In this document: piece by piece, positions 1-8,320 of the stretch
Layout: every line of letters starts with the position of its first letter
Position numbering within the stretch: position 1 is the stretch's first letter
From: Candidatus Latescibacterota bacterium
Lineage (GTDB): Bacteria; Latescibacterota; UBA2968; UBA8231
Length of the DNA stretch: 64,000 bases
Direction: 5' to 3'
Assembly: GCA_965200315.1 (NCBI GenBank)
Contig: OZ241362.1
Location: forward strand, 1,984,001-2,048,000
Position numbers and translations under genes: made by a program
Notes under the pieces: generated by a model
What the model was told of the DNA's origin: nothing
What the model saw: the letters and a program-made list of their open reading frames with translations, nothing else
The model's database searches: none

Positions 1-62
1 AATCATCCCGTATAACCAATCCGCAGTCTATGCGGCCTGCTAGCACACCGGGGCTGGGTGGA

Positions 63-91
63 TTGATTTTCTCACCCTCGTTTATTATTAT
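63..91 (+). promoter_or_regulatory. candidate sigma70-type promoter for the surface-protein cluster
   Basis: TTGATT (63-68), 17-bp spacer, TATTAT (86-91), upstream of RBS AAGGAG and ATG at 158. Confidence 0.35.
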
Positions 92-157
92 GGCATGGCC
101 TATCCATCAACACGCCAGAGATTTCTGGCATTCACTCCAAACACAAGGAGTACGAAC

Positions 158-1105
158 ATGCGGCGATTCACAATCGCAGGCGTTTTTAGCCTCGCCCTCG
201 TAGGGGTGGCAAACGCCCAGTTTTTCGATCCACCCGCTCTCGCGGATCGCAATGGGAGTCAGGGTTTTTGGTTTTACATGCTCGAAGTCCCCGATCCCGG
301 TGCTATCACCATCGACGCCCATGGCGACGACTGGGGTTGGTTTGACCCTGAGTACACCTTGACCATGGACGAGTGGCGCGACGAAGGCGACCGCCCGGCT
401 CCAGACCGCGACGACCTGTTCATCACCACCTTCATGGGTTGGAAGGGCGGCGACGACAACCGTTGGTACTGCTTCTTGGAAGCGGTTGACGATGTGCTGG
501 CGCACGCCGGCACGAATGTCGCCCGCTGGGACGGCGACATGCTACAGGTCGGCCTCGATCCGCAGGATCACGGGCGCGAGCGCAGCCCGGCCTCCGGCTA
601 CACCATGGAGTGGCTCATGGCACCGGGCGACCTCAGCCCGCCGACCAACGTCGCTTTCCGCTACACCGAGCAAGAAGCGTGGGCCGAGTACGGGGAATCG
701 CCGTGGATCGAAATGGCCGTGCGCGTCGATCCACCCGAAGCCTGGGCCGCCGACCTGTGGGCCGAGGGCGGCACCACTTACTACGAGTGGAGCGTCAAAG
801 TCCTCGCCTTCCAAGACGACGCCGGCCCGTCGGCGAGCGAAGTGTGGCAGCTAGACTCAGTGGCCGGTGAAGACGGCGCGGGCATGCCCTTTGCCATGTG
901 GTACGAAGACGGCGAAGGCCCGGATTCGAGCTTCTCTCCCAGCGAAGACGGCACCCCGGGCGGCCGCAACGACTGGACCACCCGCGGCCCCGAAGCCTCG
1001 TCTCGGCAGTACTACTCCATTGCCAAGCTGCTGAGAGTCGGCGAGTACTCCAGCCCCACCGCAGTCGAGTCATCGACCTGGGGTAAGATCAAGGACTCTT
1101 TCTAA
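158..1105 (+). CDS. secreted CBM9/DOMON-like protein with C-terminal TAVE-x-x-TWG-K-IK tail
   Basis: RBS AAGGAG before ATG158; signal peptide MRRFTIAGVFSLALVGVANA; 'ITIDAHGDDW' and 'TTYYEWSV' CBM9-like motifs; ends PTAVESSTWGKIKDSF; paralog of 59741..60673. Confidence 0.7.
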   Translation: MRRFTIAGVFSLALVGVANAQFFDPPALADRNGSQGFWFYMLEVPDPGAITIDAHGDDWGWFDPEYTLTMDEWRDEGDRPAPDRDDLFITTFMGWKGGDDNRWYCFLEAVDDVLAHAGTNVARWDGDMLQVGLDPQDHGRERSPASGYTMEWLMAPGDLSPPTNVAFRYTEQEAWAEYGESPWIEMAVRVDPPEAWAADLWAEGGTTYYEWSVKVLAFQDDAGPSASEVWQLDSVAGEDGAGMPFAMWYEDGEGPDSSFSPSEDGTPGGRNDWTTRGPEASSRQYYSIAKLLRVGEYSSPTAVESSTWGKIKDSF

Positions 1106-1133
1106 GCGCAAGGCGACCGGTCGGTCGTTAATC

Positions 1134-1161
1134 GTAGGGGCGACCGGTCGGTCGCCCCTAC
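1134..1161. repeat. REP-like palindrome (GTAG-type), could also act as terminator/stabiliser
   Basis: GTAGGGGCGACC-GGTC-GGTCGCCCCTAC perfect 12-bp stem; partial copy GGCGACCGGTCGGTCG at 1112-1127. Confidence 0.75.
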
Positions 1162-1183
1162 ATTATTTTTAGGGGATTGCACC

Positions 1184-1897
1184 GTGTACAAACGGCTATG
1201 GGCTTGGCCTTTTCTGCTGACCCTGCTGGTGGTGGCTTGCGGCCGCTACTTTCACACGCCGCTCCAGCCCGCCAGCCACCAAGCCGAGGGCATGACCATC
1301 AACGACGACAGCTCCATCACCTACGCCCTCGACCGCCTGTCGATTGAGCTCAAGCCCATGACGGACGCGGAATTAAACCGCCTCGCCCCCGGGCCAGACC
1401 TGTCCAACAACCCCTATACCTTTGGCGAGTGGACGGCCCCGGGCGACGAGTGGACGCCGCCGCGCTTCACAGTCTTTCGGCTCAAGGTCAACAACTATCA
1501 GTTTCCCAAGGTCAAGATCGACCCGCTCAACGCGCACATTACCGCGGCCAACACCCGGCAGTACTCGGCGCTGAGCTACTCCCAATTATACCAGTACTTT
1601 CGCTCGTTTTGGCTGGGACGCACCGGCCAAGGGCGCAAGACCTTTCAAGCCCGCACGGACGCGCTCAAGCGGACTCTGTACAGCGGAGCCTTGGTCTTCA
1701 GCGGCAACGAAGAACAGGGGTATTTGGTCTTTCCCGTCCTCGACGACGATGTCCGAGCAATCCAAGTACACATCGAGAACATCGTCTTGCGCTTCGACTA
1801 CGCCGACGACCCCCTAGAGGCGATTGACCTGAGCTTCTCCTTCCAGCGCAACACCCTGCAAGGGTATGATCCTTCGGCCGCGGCGCGGATCAACTGA
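1184..1897 (+). CDS. uncharacterised lipoprotein
   Basis: lipobox LVVA-C after hydrophobic stretch; TGA overlaps next ATG. Confidence 0.75.
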   Translation: MYKRLWAWPFLLTLLVVACGRYFHTPLQPASHQAEGMTINDDSSITYALDRLSIELKPMTDAELNRLAPGPDLSNNPYTFGEWTAPGDEWTPPRFTVFRLKVNNYQFPKVKIDPLNAHITAANTRQYSALSYSQLYQYFRSFWLGRTGQGRKTFQARTDALKRTLYSGALVFSGNEEQGYLVFPVLDDDVRAIQVHIENIVLRFDYADDPLEAIDLSFSFQRNTLQGYDPSAAARIN

Positions 1898-3885
1898 TGA
1901 CCGCTCCCGCGTCCAGAGCGCTCGTCGGCACTGTCCTAGCGGTGCTTGGGGGGCTAGCACCAAGCGATGCGCAAATCGAGATGTGGCATATCGGCAAGGG
2001 GGGGCTTACGTGGGTCTCACAGGCCGAGACCCAGATTGGCGCGCTGGACGTCGACGGTGCCCTACAGCCTCTACAGCTCCAAGCCGGCGAAAACCTCATC
2101 GAATTGCTCCGCGCTTCGGGCCAACGCTTTCTCAACGGCCAACCCCGCGACTTCACCCTCGGCGGCCAGCCGCGAGCGTGGTCCAACGACGGCTTCTTCA
2201 ACCAAATCTCCGGCCCCCTCGACCTGATTGACGGCGATCCGGCGACCTCCTCGTCGGGCGTGTTCAAGACCGCCCAGAGCCAAGCCGGGGCGACGTTCTT
2301 TTGGGATTTGGGTGCGCCCTTCCCAGTCAACCGCATTCGCTTCTTTCCCGCGCCCGACGATGACGCCTTTGTCAAAGCCTTTGAACTGCGGGTCAACGAC
2401 GGCGAAAACTTCAACGACATCAACAGGCCGCAATACGAGGTTTTGCGGCGGGTAGAAGTCAACCGCGAATCCACCGTCGATATCGAATTTGCTCCCTTGC
2501 AGGGCCGCTTCCTCCAGCTACTCGTACTGTCTAAAACAGTGTTCAACATCGCGGAGTTTGAAATCTACGGGCAGGGCTTTGTCCCGGTCGCCAGCTACGG
2601 GTCGGCTCTGCACTCCTTTGGCGGCCCGGTCAACTACGGCCGCCTGCGCGTCCACGCGACAAAACTCGGAACGACCGGAGACGCGGCCGCGGCCATCCAG
2701 ATGCGGACCGGGGCCGACGACGGCCCACTGGCGTACTTTCGCCGCGACCGCGACACGGGTCGCCAGCAGGAAGTGCCCGCGGCCGAATACAACACCGACC
2801 TCCCGCGCCGCGCCCTGTACCGCCAAGACCCAGACACCGGCGAGCTGTTAGAGGAACTAGACCGGGCCGAATACCTCACTCTGCCGATCGAAGAGCAAGG
2901 GCCGGTGCGCGATTTCGTCAAGGGCGACATCCGCGACGACGTCAACAACTGGAGCGCGTGGTCGCCGAGCACACACATCACCGGCACCGGCACAATCGAA
3001 GTGCCCATAGAGCTGCCCAGCCCAAGGGAATTCATGCAGTTCCGCATCTTCTTCGATGGCGACGCTGAAAACGCCGTGCGCATCGACACCTTGCAGGTGG
3101 AGTTTTCGCCCGGGCTGGTCAGCGAGGCCGTCGGCGAGGTGGCTCTCGCCACCGATCCCTTTCCCGCCAGCGGCCTGCTCGAAGTCACAGGGGGCATTGA
3201 CACGACCTTTACCTACGACATCCGCACCGAGTTCGCAGATGACGTGGCCGGATATCACGGCGTCCGCATCGAGGCGTTCCCACCGCCGGTATTCGAGAGC
3301 CTGCAAATGGGCGATCCCCTCTCAGCCGTAGCAGACTTTGAATGGGCGGCGACCAAGAGCGGCTTCGACATTTTCTTTGCGCCCGTCGCCGACGACAACA
3401 ACCAACCCCTGAGGATCACCTTCCGCCTGCGACCGCTGGTCCACAACACCCCGATTAACGCCTATCTCCTCGGCGCGGGAAGTGTCCCACCCCATCCCAT
3501 CGCCCCGGGCAATGCCAGCGAATTGGTGGGCACCAACGCGACCAACGCCTTTGCAACTCAGGCGCAGCCTGAGCTCCAACTAGCGCTTTCAACGGCCATT
3601 ATCTCGCCCAACGGCGACGGCCGCAACGATGCTGTCGCCATGGACCTCGTGTTGTCCCAGTTCGCTGCGGATACAGCAGTGGCGGTCGAGATTTTCGATT
3701 TGAGCGGACGCCGGGTGCGCCAGCTCGTCTCCGAGCTGCGGCCAGCCGGCTTTTATTCCGAAACTTGGGACGGCCGCGACGAACAGGGCCGTTTGGTGCC
3801 GCCGGGCCTGTACCTCTGCCGAGTCGGCGTGGAGGCCGACTTCGACGTGTTTGCCGGCGTAGAGCCAATAGGGGTGGCCTATTGA
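1897..3885 (+). CDS. secreted protein with discoidin-like segment and C-terminal FlgD Ig-like domain (paralog 1)
   Basis: signal peptide; WDLGAPFPVNRIRFFP; SPNGDGRND...WDGRDEQGRLVPPGLY; ends GVAY. Confidence 0.75.
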   Translation: MTAPASRALVGTVLAVLGGLAPSDAQIEMWHIGKGGLTWVSQAETQIGALDVDGALQPLQLQAGENLIELLRASGQRFLNGQPRDFTLGGQPRAWSNDGFFNQISGPLDLIDGDPATSSSGVFKTAQSQAGATFFWDLGAPFPVNRIRFFPAPDDDAFVKAFELRVNDGENFNDINRPQYEVLRRVEVNRESTVDIEFAPLQGRFLQLLVLSKTVFNIAEFEIYGQGFVPVASYGSALHSFGGPVNYGRLRVHATKLGTTGDAAAAIQMRTGADDGPLAYFRRDRDTGRQQEVPAAEYNTDLPRRALYRQDPDTGELLEELDRAEYLTLPIEEQGPVRDFVKGDIRDDVNNWSAWSPSTHITGTGTIEVPIELPSPREFMQFRIFFDGDAENAVRIDTLQVEFSPGLVSEAVGEVALATDPFPASGLLEVTGGIDTTFTYDIRTEFADDVAGYHGVRIEAFPPPVFESLQMGDPLSAVADFEWAATKSGFDIFFAPVADDNNQPLRITFRLRPLVHNTPINAYLLGAGSVPPHPIAPGNASELVGTNATNAFATQAQPELQLALSTAIISPNGDGRNDAVAMDLVLSQFAADTAVAVEIFDLSGRRVRQLVSELRPAGFYSETWDGRDEQGRLVPPGLYLCRVGVEADFDVFAGVEPIGVAY

Positions 3886-3899
3886 CTGCTCAGAGCAAC

Positions 3900-5933
3900 A
3901 TGCGGTGGCTAGTGCTGCTCCTCACCCTCAGCGGCCAAGCGGCGGCGCAGACGCCCTCGGCTTGGGTCGTAGGAGGCACGAGCGGCGAACCTTGGGCCGA
4001 CTCCGTAGAGCGCTGGATTGCCCTCGACGACTCGGTGCGCTCCGGGGCGATTCAGCCGCGGGCGATTCCCCGCTACCACACGGTTACTCGCCAACTCGTG
4101 CGCACCGGCATTGCCACGACCCAGCGCAACCTCTTTGGCTATCGCTGGAGCTTGCACAAGGGGCCGCGCCAGATCGAGGCCGACACCTTAGAGATTGGGT
4201 GGCACCCGCGCCTGTGGCTGGGGGGCGGCACCAACGCCCTCGCCCCGGAGGTCATGCGCGGGCTAGTCGATGGCGACGCGCTAACCGCGAGCTTTACCCA
4301 CAGGGCGCGGGCCGATGGCCGCCCCAACAGCGCACAGTTCATCACGCTCGACCTCGGCGTGCCCGTGCCCGTTGACAGCATCGTGTTTTTTCCGCCGCAG
4401 ACCGGGCTGACCAGCGACAACCAGCGGCAACGCGAGTTGTTCGCCCGCGCCTATGAAGTCAGCCGGACCAACTTGCCGGTCGAATGGCTGATCTTTGAAG
4501 ACGAAACCACGTCAACCGGATCGTCGGGGTACCACCCCCTCGACGAGATTCTCGCCAGCACCTTTGCCAACAACACCAGCGTCGTTTCCCTCGCAACCGA
4601 CCTACGCTTTACCCGCTTTCTCCGCTTCAAGTTCGGCGAGGTCTCTACCACGACCTTGCTGGCCGAAATCGAAATTTTTGGTCGCGGCTACCCCCAAGAG
4701 GCCCGCTACATCTCCGCGCCCCATTCTTTCGGCCAAGCCGTGAGCTTGGGGCGGGTCACGTGGAAATTCACCCGCTATCGCCTATTGCCTTCTGGCGCGA
4801 TCACAGCCGACCCCGGCGCACCGGTACAACTAAACTTGCAGACCCGCGCTGGCTTCGACGACAATCCCAAGACGTACTTCATCTTCGACGACCTTGGCCG
4901 GCTGGTGGAAGTCGATGAGAAAACGTATTTCGACTCGCCGCGAGTGGTAGAGCGGTTCTCCGAGGGCATCGCCGGCTTCCGCGCCAAGCGCGACGACGAC
5001 ATAGAAAACTGGAACAACTGGTCGGTCAATTACCAAGCGTCGGGCGACGAGATCCGCTCCTCTGACGGAGCCGAGTTCCTCCAGTTTCGCTTTACCATCA
5101 CCACCGAAGACCCGCTCGCCTTTGGCGTACTCGACAGCTTGGCCTTTGAGATTTCGCCGCTGTTGGCCGACCGCGCACTGGCGGAAATTGCTCTCGACGG
5201 GCGCAGCGGTACAGACGGGGCCGTCGAGGTGCCCCTCGGAGTCGCCCAGCACTTTGCCTATCACATTCGCACGGAGGCCGGCAACCGCGCCGGATTCGAC
5301 GGCATCGAGTTGGAGGTTCCCCCGGGCACCCGCTTTCTCGACCTGACCATCGACGACCAGCCGGCAGCCGAGGGGGCGGATTTTTCCCTCGCCGCCAGCG
5401 ACGGACGGTTGCGCTTCACCTTTCCTGCGGCATTCCAAGAAGACAAGGCGTTTCGCGTGCGCTTTCGAAGCGCGGTCTTCCAACCATCGGTCTTTTTGGC
5501 CAGCCGCCTTTTTAACACCTCGGCCGCTAGCTTGCCGCAGTCCATCGAAGCCGGAGACGCCCACGCCGACGTAGCCAGCAACAGCATCCAAGTCGTATCC
5601 AGCGACGCGGCCTTGAGCATTCTCGGAGCGGTTGGGCTGTCTGCGCCCGCCATCACGCCCAACGGCGATGGGACCAACGAGCAGGTCGCCATTGGATTCG
5701 ACTTGTTCGGCGTCGCTGGCGGTGCGTTGCGAGTGGAGGCGCGCGACTTGAGCGGCCGGCACTGCGCCGCGATCTTGGACGCACCGGCCGCAGCCGGGCC
5801 GTACGCGCTGCGCTGGAATGCGCGGGACGAGCGCGGCAAACTCGTGCCCCCAGGGCTGTACCTAATCCGCGTCGAAGTCGAGGTCGATCGCGGCACGTTC
5901 GCCCGCGTGGCAGCGGTCGGAGTCGCGTACTAA
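3900..5933 (+). CDS. secreted protein with discoidin-like segment and C-terminal FlgD Ig-like domain (paralog 2)
   Basis: ATG3900 gives signal peptide MRWLVLLLTLSGQAAA; LDLGVPVPVDSIVFFP; TPNGDGTNE...VPPGLY; ends GVAY. Confidence 0.75.
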   Translation: MRWLVLLLTLSGQAAAQTPSAWVVGGTSGEPWADSVERWIALDDSVRSGAIQPRAIPRYHTVTRQLVRTGIATTQRNLFGYRWSLHKGPRQIEADTLEIGWHPRLWLGGGTNALAPEVMRGLVDGDALTASFTHRARADGRPNSAQFITLDLGVPVPVDSIVFFPPQTGLTSDNQRQRELFARAYEVSRTNLPVEWLIFEDETTSTGSSGYHPLDEILASTFANNTSVVSLATDLRFTRFLRFKFGEVSTTTLLAEIEIFGRGYPQEARYISAPHSFGQAVSLGRVTWKFTRYRLLPSGAITADPGAPVQLNLQTRAGFDDNPKTYFIFDDLGRLVEVDEKTYFDSPRVVERFSEGIAGFRAKRDDDIENWNNWSVNYQASGDEIRSSDGAEFLQFRFTITTEDPLAFGVLDSLAFEISPLLADRALAEIALDGRSGTDGAVEVPLGVAQHFAYHIRTEAGNRAGFDGIELEVPPGTRFLDLTIDDQPAAEGADFSLAASDGRLRFTFPAAFQEDKAFRVRFRSAVFQPSVFLASRLFNTSAASLPQSIEAGDAHADVASNSIQVVSSDAALSILGAVGLSAPAITPNGDGTNEQVAIGFDLFGVAGGALRVEARDLSGRHCAAILDAPAAAGPYALRWNARDERGKLVPPGLYLIRVEVEVDRGTFARVAAVGVAY

Positions 5934-5943
5934 TGGAGGCACC

Positions 5944-8301
5944 ATGAAAGCGTTACCGCTAGCAGTTGTTTTCCTCCTATTCGCAGTCGCGGCGAGCAGC
6001 CAAAACCTGAGCTTTACCGGGTCCGACTTCGCTTCTTGGGCTCATCCTCAGGGGCTAGTGGAAGTTCTACCACAGGGCATTAAAGTGAAGCGCTTTGAGC
6101 AGCGGTTCAACGCAGTAGCCAACGCTCGTGAGTTTTCCGGCATGTCCATCGGCGAATACGGGAAGCGCTTTGCGCGCACGCCGTCCAACCAGCAGCAGGC
6201 CGACCTAGCCGGCGACCAAGACCCAAACACTTGGTGGAAACCCGACCCGGACACCCCGGTGCAGTCTTGGTGGCTGGAACTGGACTTGGGGCGCTCGGTC
6301 GTCGCCGACAAGGTGCGCGTCCGCTTTCCCAACCGCGAGGGCGCCAAGCCCTTTAACTTTTTCTCGCTGTACGTCAGCCCGGGCATTCCGGTCTTCGGCG
6401 GCCGGGCCAAGCGCATCGTCTATCGCCGGCTGGGTAGGCCGATCAACAACAACACCGAGTCCCTAATCGAGTTCGACCTCAAGACAACCGGCCTCTCTCC
6501 GGCTACGGGCGAGCACTTGAGCGCGGACGAGGTCCTCGACTTCGACATCGTGCGCTTCGTGCGCTTTGAAGCGGCCGGCGCAACACCCGATGCCGCGCTC
6601 GCCGAAATAGAGGTGGACGGCATTGGCTTCAACCTCGCCTCCATGGTGCAGATCGAAGATCGAACCGAGCACTGGGGAGGACGGACGTGGACGTCTAAGC
6701 ACCGCGACTGCCCGGGCTGCGGCAAGGGCAGCGGGGCTGCGGCCCTCATCGACCAAGACGTGGGATTTCGCGGGTGGAATATCGAGGGCTCGGACAAGGG
6801 CAACTGGCGCGATTCAGGCGTCTGGTCCGTCGTCGATTTCGGCAACGTCTTTCGCGTCGATCGCCTCATCTGGCTACCGATTGTCTCGGGCCGCGGCCCG
6901 TTCCTCTACGGCTTCCAGCGCGACAAGCAGGGTAGTTGGCCCAGTTTCGATTTCTTCGCCTCCGACGGCACGCCCAGCAACAGTGCCGATCCAGTCGTCG
7001 AAGGCCCTTTCCACTACGACTTGCTGTCGTCCGTGGCCAACGCCGGCCGCTATTTGTTCGACTTCCGGTTCGAGCCGCGTGCGCTGCGGCTGTTGTTGTG
7101 GCGCGTGACGCGGCCTCAGCAGTTCCACCGCGCCTCCCAGCTCTTCGTCTTCCACAGCGCGGGCTATCCCGTGCAAATCGAACTGGAATCCGAGGATATT
7201 TCTCTCGGCGGTGCCCGCAGCATGCGCTTCGTCGAATGGGACGCTGACCTGCCGCCCGGAACGCGCATCGAAGTGGAGACCCAAACCGGCAATGGCTTCC
7301 AGACTCTCAAGCGCTACTTCCTCGCCAACGGCAAAGAAGTGACCAAACAAGCCTACGAGTCCGCCAAGTCCCGCAACCGCGGCGACATCGTCGAGGAAAA
7401 GGTGCGCGACGACACCTGGAGCGCGTACAGCCAACCCCACCGGTTCTCCGGGCAGGCGTTCCTCTCGCCATCGCCGCGGCAGTGGCTGCGGGCGCGGGTG
7501 CGGCTCATCAGCGACGATCCAGCGGCCTTCCCCACCCTGCGCTCGCTCACTTTTGTAGCCAATGCGCCGGTCATCACGGCCGGGCTAACGGGCCGCGTCT
7601 TCCCCCGCGAAGCCGTCATGGATTCCCTACAGGCGTTTCGCTACACCATTGCGCCGGTGGACTTCAGCAGCCGAGACGCCGGGTTCGACCGCGCACTCAT
7701 CTTGCTCCCGCCCGGCAGCGGCCGCGACGCCGCATTCATCCGCGCATCCGTGGGCGGAGCCGAGGTCGCGGCCACTGGCTTGTTGCGGGGAGATTCGCTC
7801 TTGGTGGAACTGCCGCCGCCGCTGGTCCGACGGGATTCGGTCGCGATCGCCTTTTCCGCCCGCCTGTCCCACAGCCCCACGGTCTTCAACGCGTTCGTCG
7901 CCAATTCGGCTACCGGCGATAACCTCCAAGGCGTCGTGCCCGCTGAGTTCGGTGCCGATCTAGTCTTCGTGCCGGAGGCGGTCGCTGGCGGCTCGTTGAT
8001 CCGCAATGTCGAGTACACCCGCTCGATAACCCCCAACGGCGATGGCACCAACGACCTATGCGAACTGAATTTCACGGTCGTCAAGACCGAACAAGCACCG
8101 CAAGTACAGGTTTTTACCCTAGACGGCCGCTCCATAGTCGAGCTCGCAAATCAAGGCCCGCCGGGGCGGCGCTTCTACTACATCTGGGAAGGACGGAGCG
8201 CCGACCGCACGGTGCCACCCGGCATCTACGTCCTGCGCATCTCCATAGAAGCCGATGCCCGCGCCGACCGCGTTTACCGGCTCGTGCATGTTGCTTATTA
8301 A
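5944..8301 (+). CDS. secreted protein with discoidin-like segments and C-terminal FlgD Ig-like domain (paralog 3)
   Basis: RBS GGAGG; signal peptide; WLELDLGRSVVADKVRVRF; TPNGDGTND...VPPGIY; ends HVAY. Confidence 0.75.
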   Translation: MKALPLAVVFLLFAVAASSQNLSFTGSDFASWAHPQGLVEVLPQGIKVKRFEQRFNAVANAREFSGMSIGEYGKRFARTPSNQQQADLAGDQDPNTWWKPDPDTPVQSWWLELDLGRSVVADKVRVRFPNREGAKPFNFFSLYVSPGIPVFGGRAKRIVYRRLGRPINNNTESLIEFDLKTTGLSPATGEHLSADEVLDFDIVRFVRFEAAGATPDAALAEIEVDGIGFNLASMVQIEDRTEHWGGRTWTSKHRDCPGCGKGSGAAALIDQDVGFRGWNIEGSDKGNWRDSGVWSVVDFGNVFRVDRLIWLPIVSGRGPFLYGFQRDKQGSWPSFDFFASDGTPSNSADPVVEGPFHYDLLSSVANAGRYLFDFRFEPRALRLLLWRVTRPQQFHRASQLFVFHSAGYPVQIELESEDISLGGARSMRFVEWDADLPPGTRIEVETQTGNGFQTLKRYFLANGKEVTKQAYESAKSRNRGDIVEEKVRDDTWSAYSQPHRFSGQAFLSPSPRQWLRARVRLISDDPAAFPTLRSLTFVANAPVITAGLTGRVFPREAVMDSLQAFRYTIAPVDFSSRDAGFDRALILLPPGSGRDAAFIRASVGGAEVAATGLLRGDSLLVELPPPLVRRDSVAIAFSARLSHSPTVFNAFVANSATGDNLQGVVPAEFGADLVFVPEAVAGGSLIRNVEYTRSITPNGDGTNDLCELNFTVVKTEQAPQVQVFTLDGRSIVELANQGPPGRRFYYIWEGRSADRTVPPGIYVLRISIEADARADRVYRLVHVAY

Positions 8302-8320
8302 GAGACCAAAGGGAACCATT

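Noticed and set aside
3540-3885. flagellar hook-capping flgD genes
   Set aside because: The FlgD-like domain is only a C-terminal module of large exported proteins; no flagellar genes nearby.
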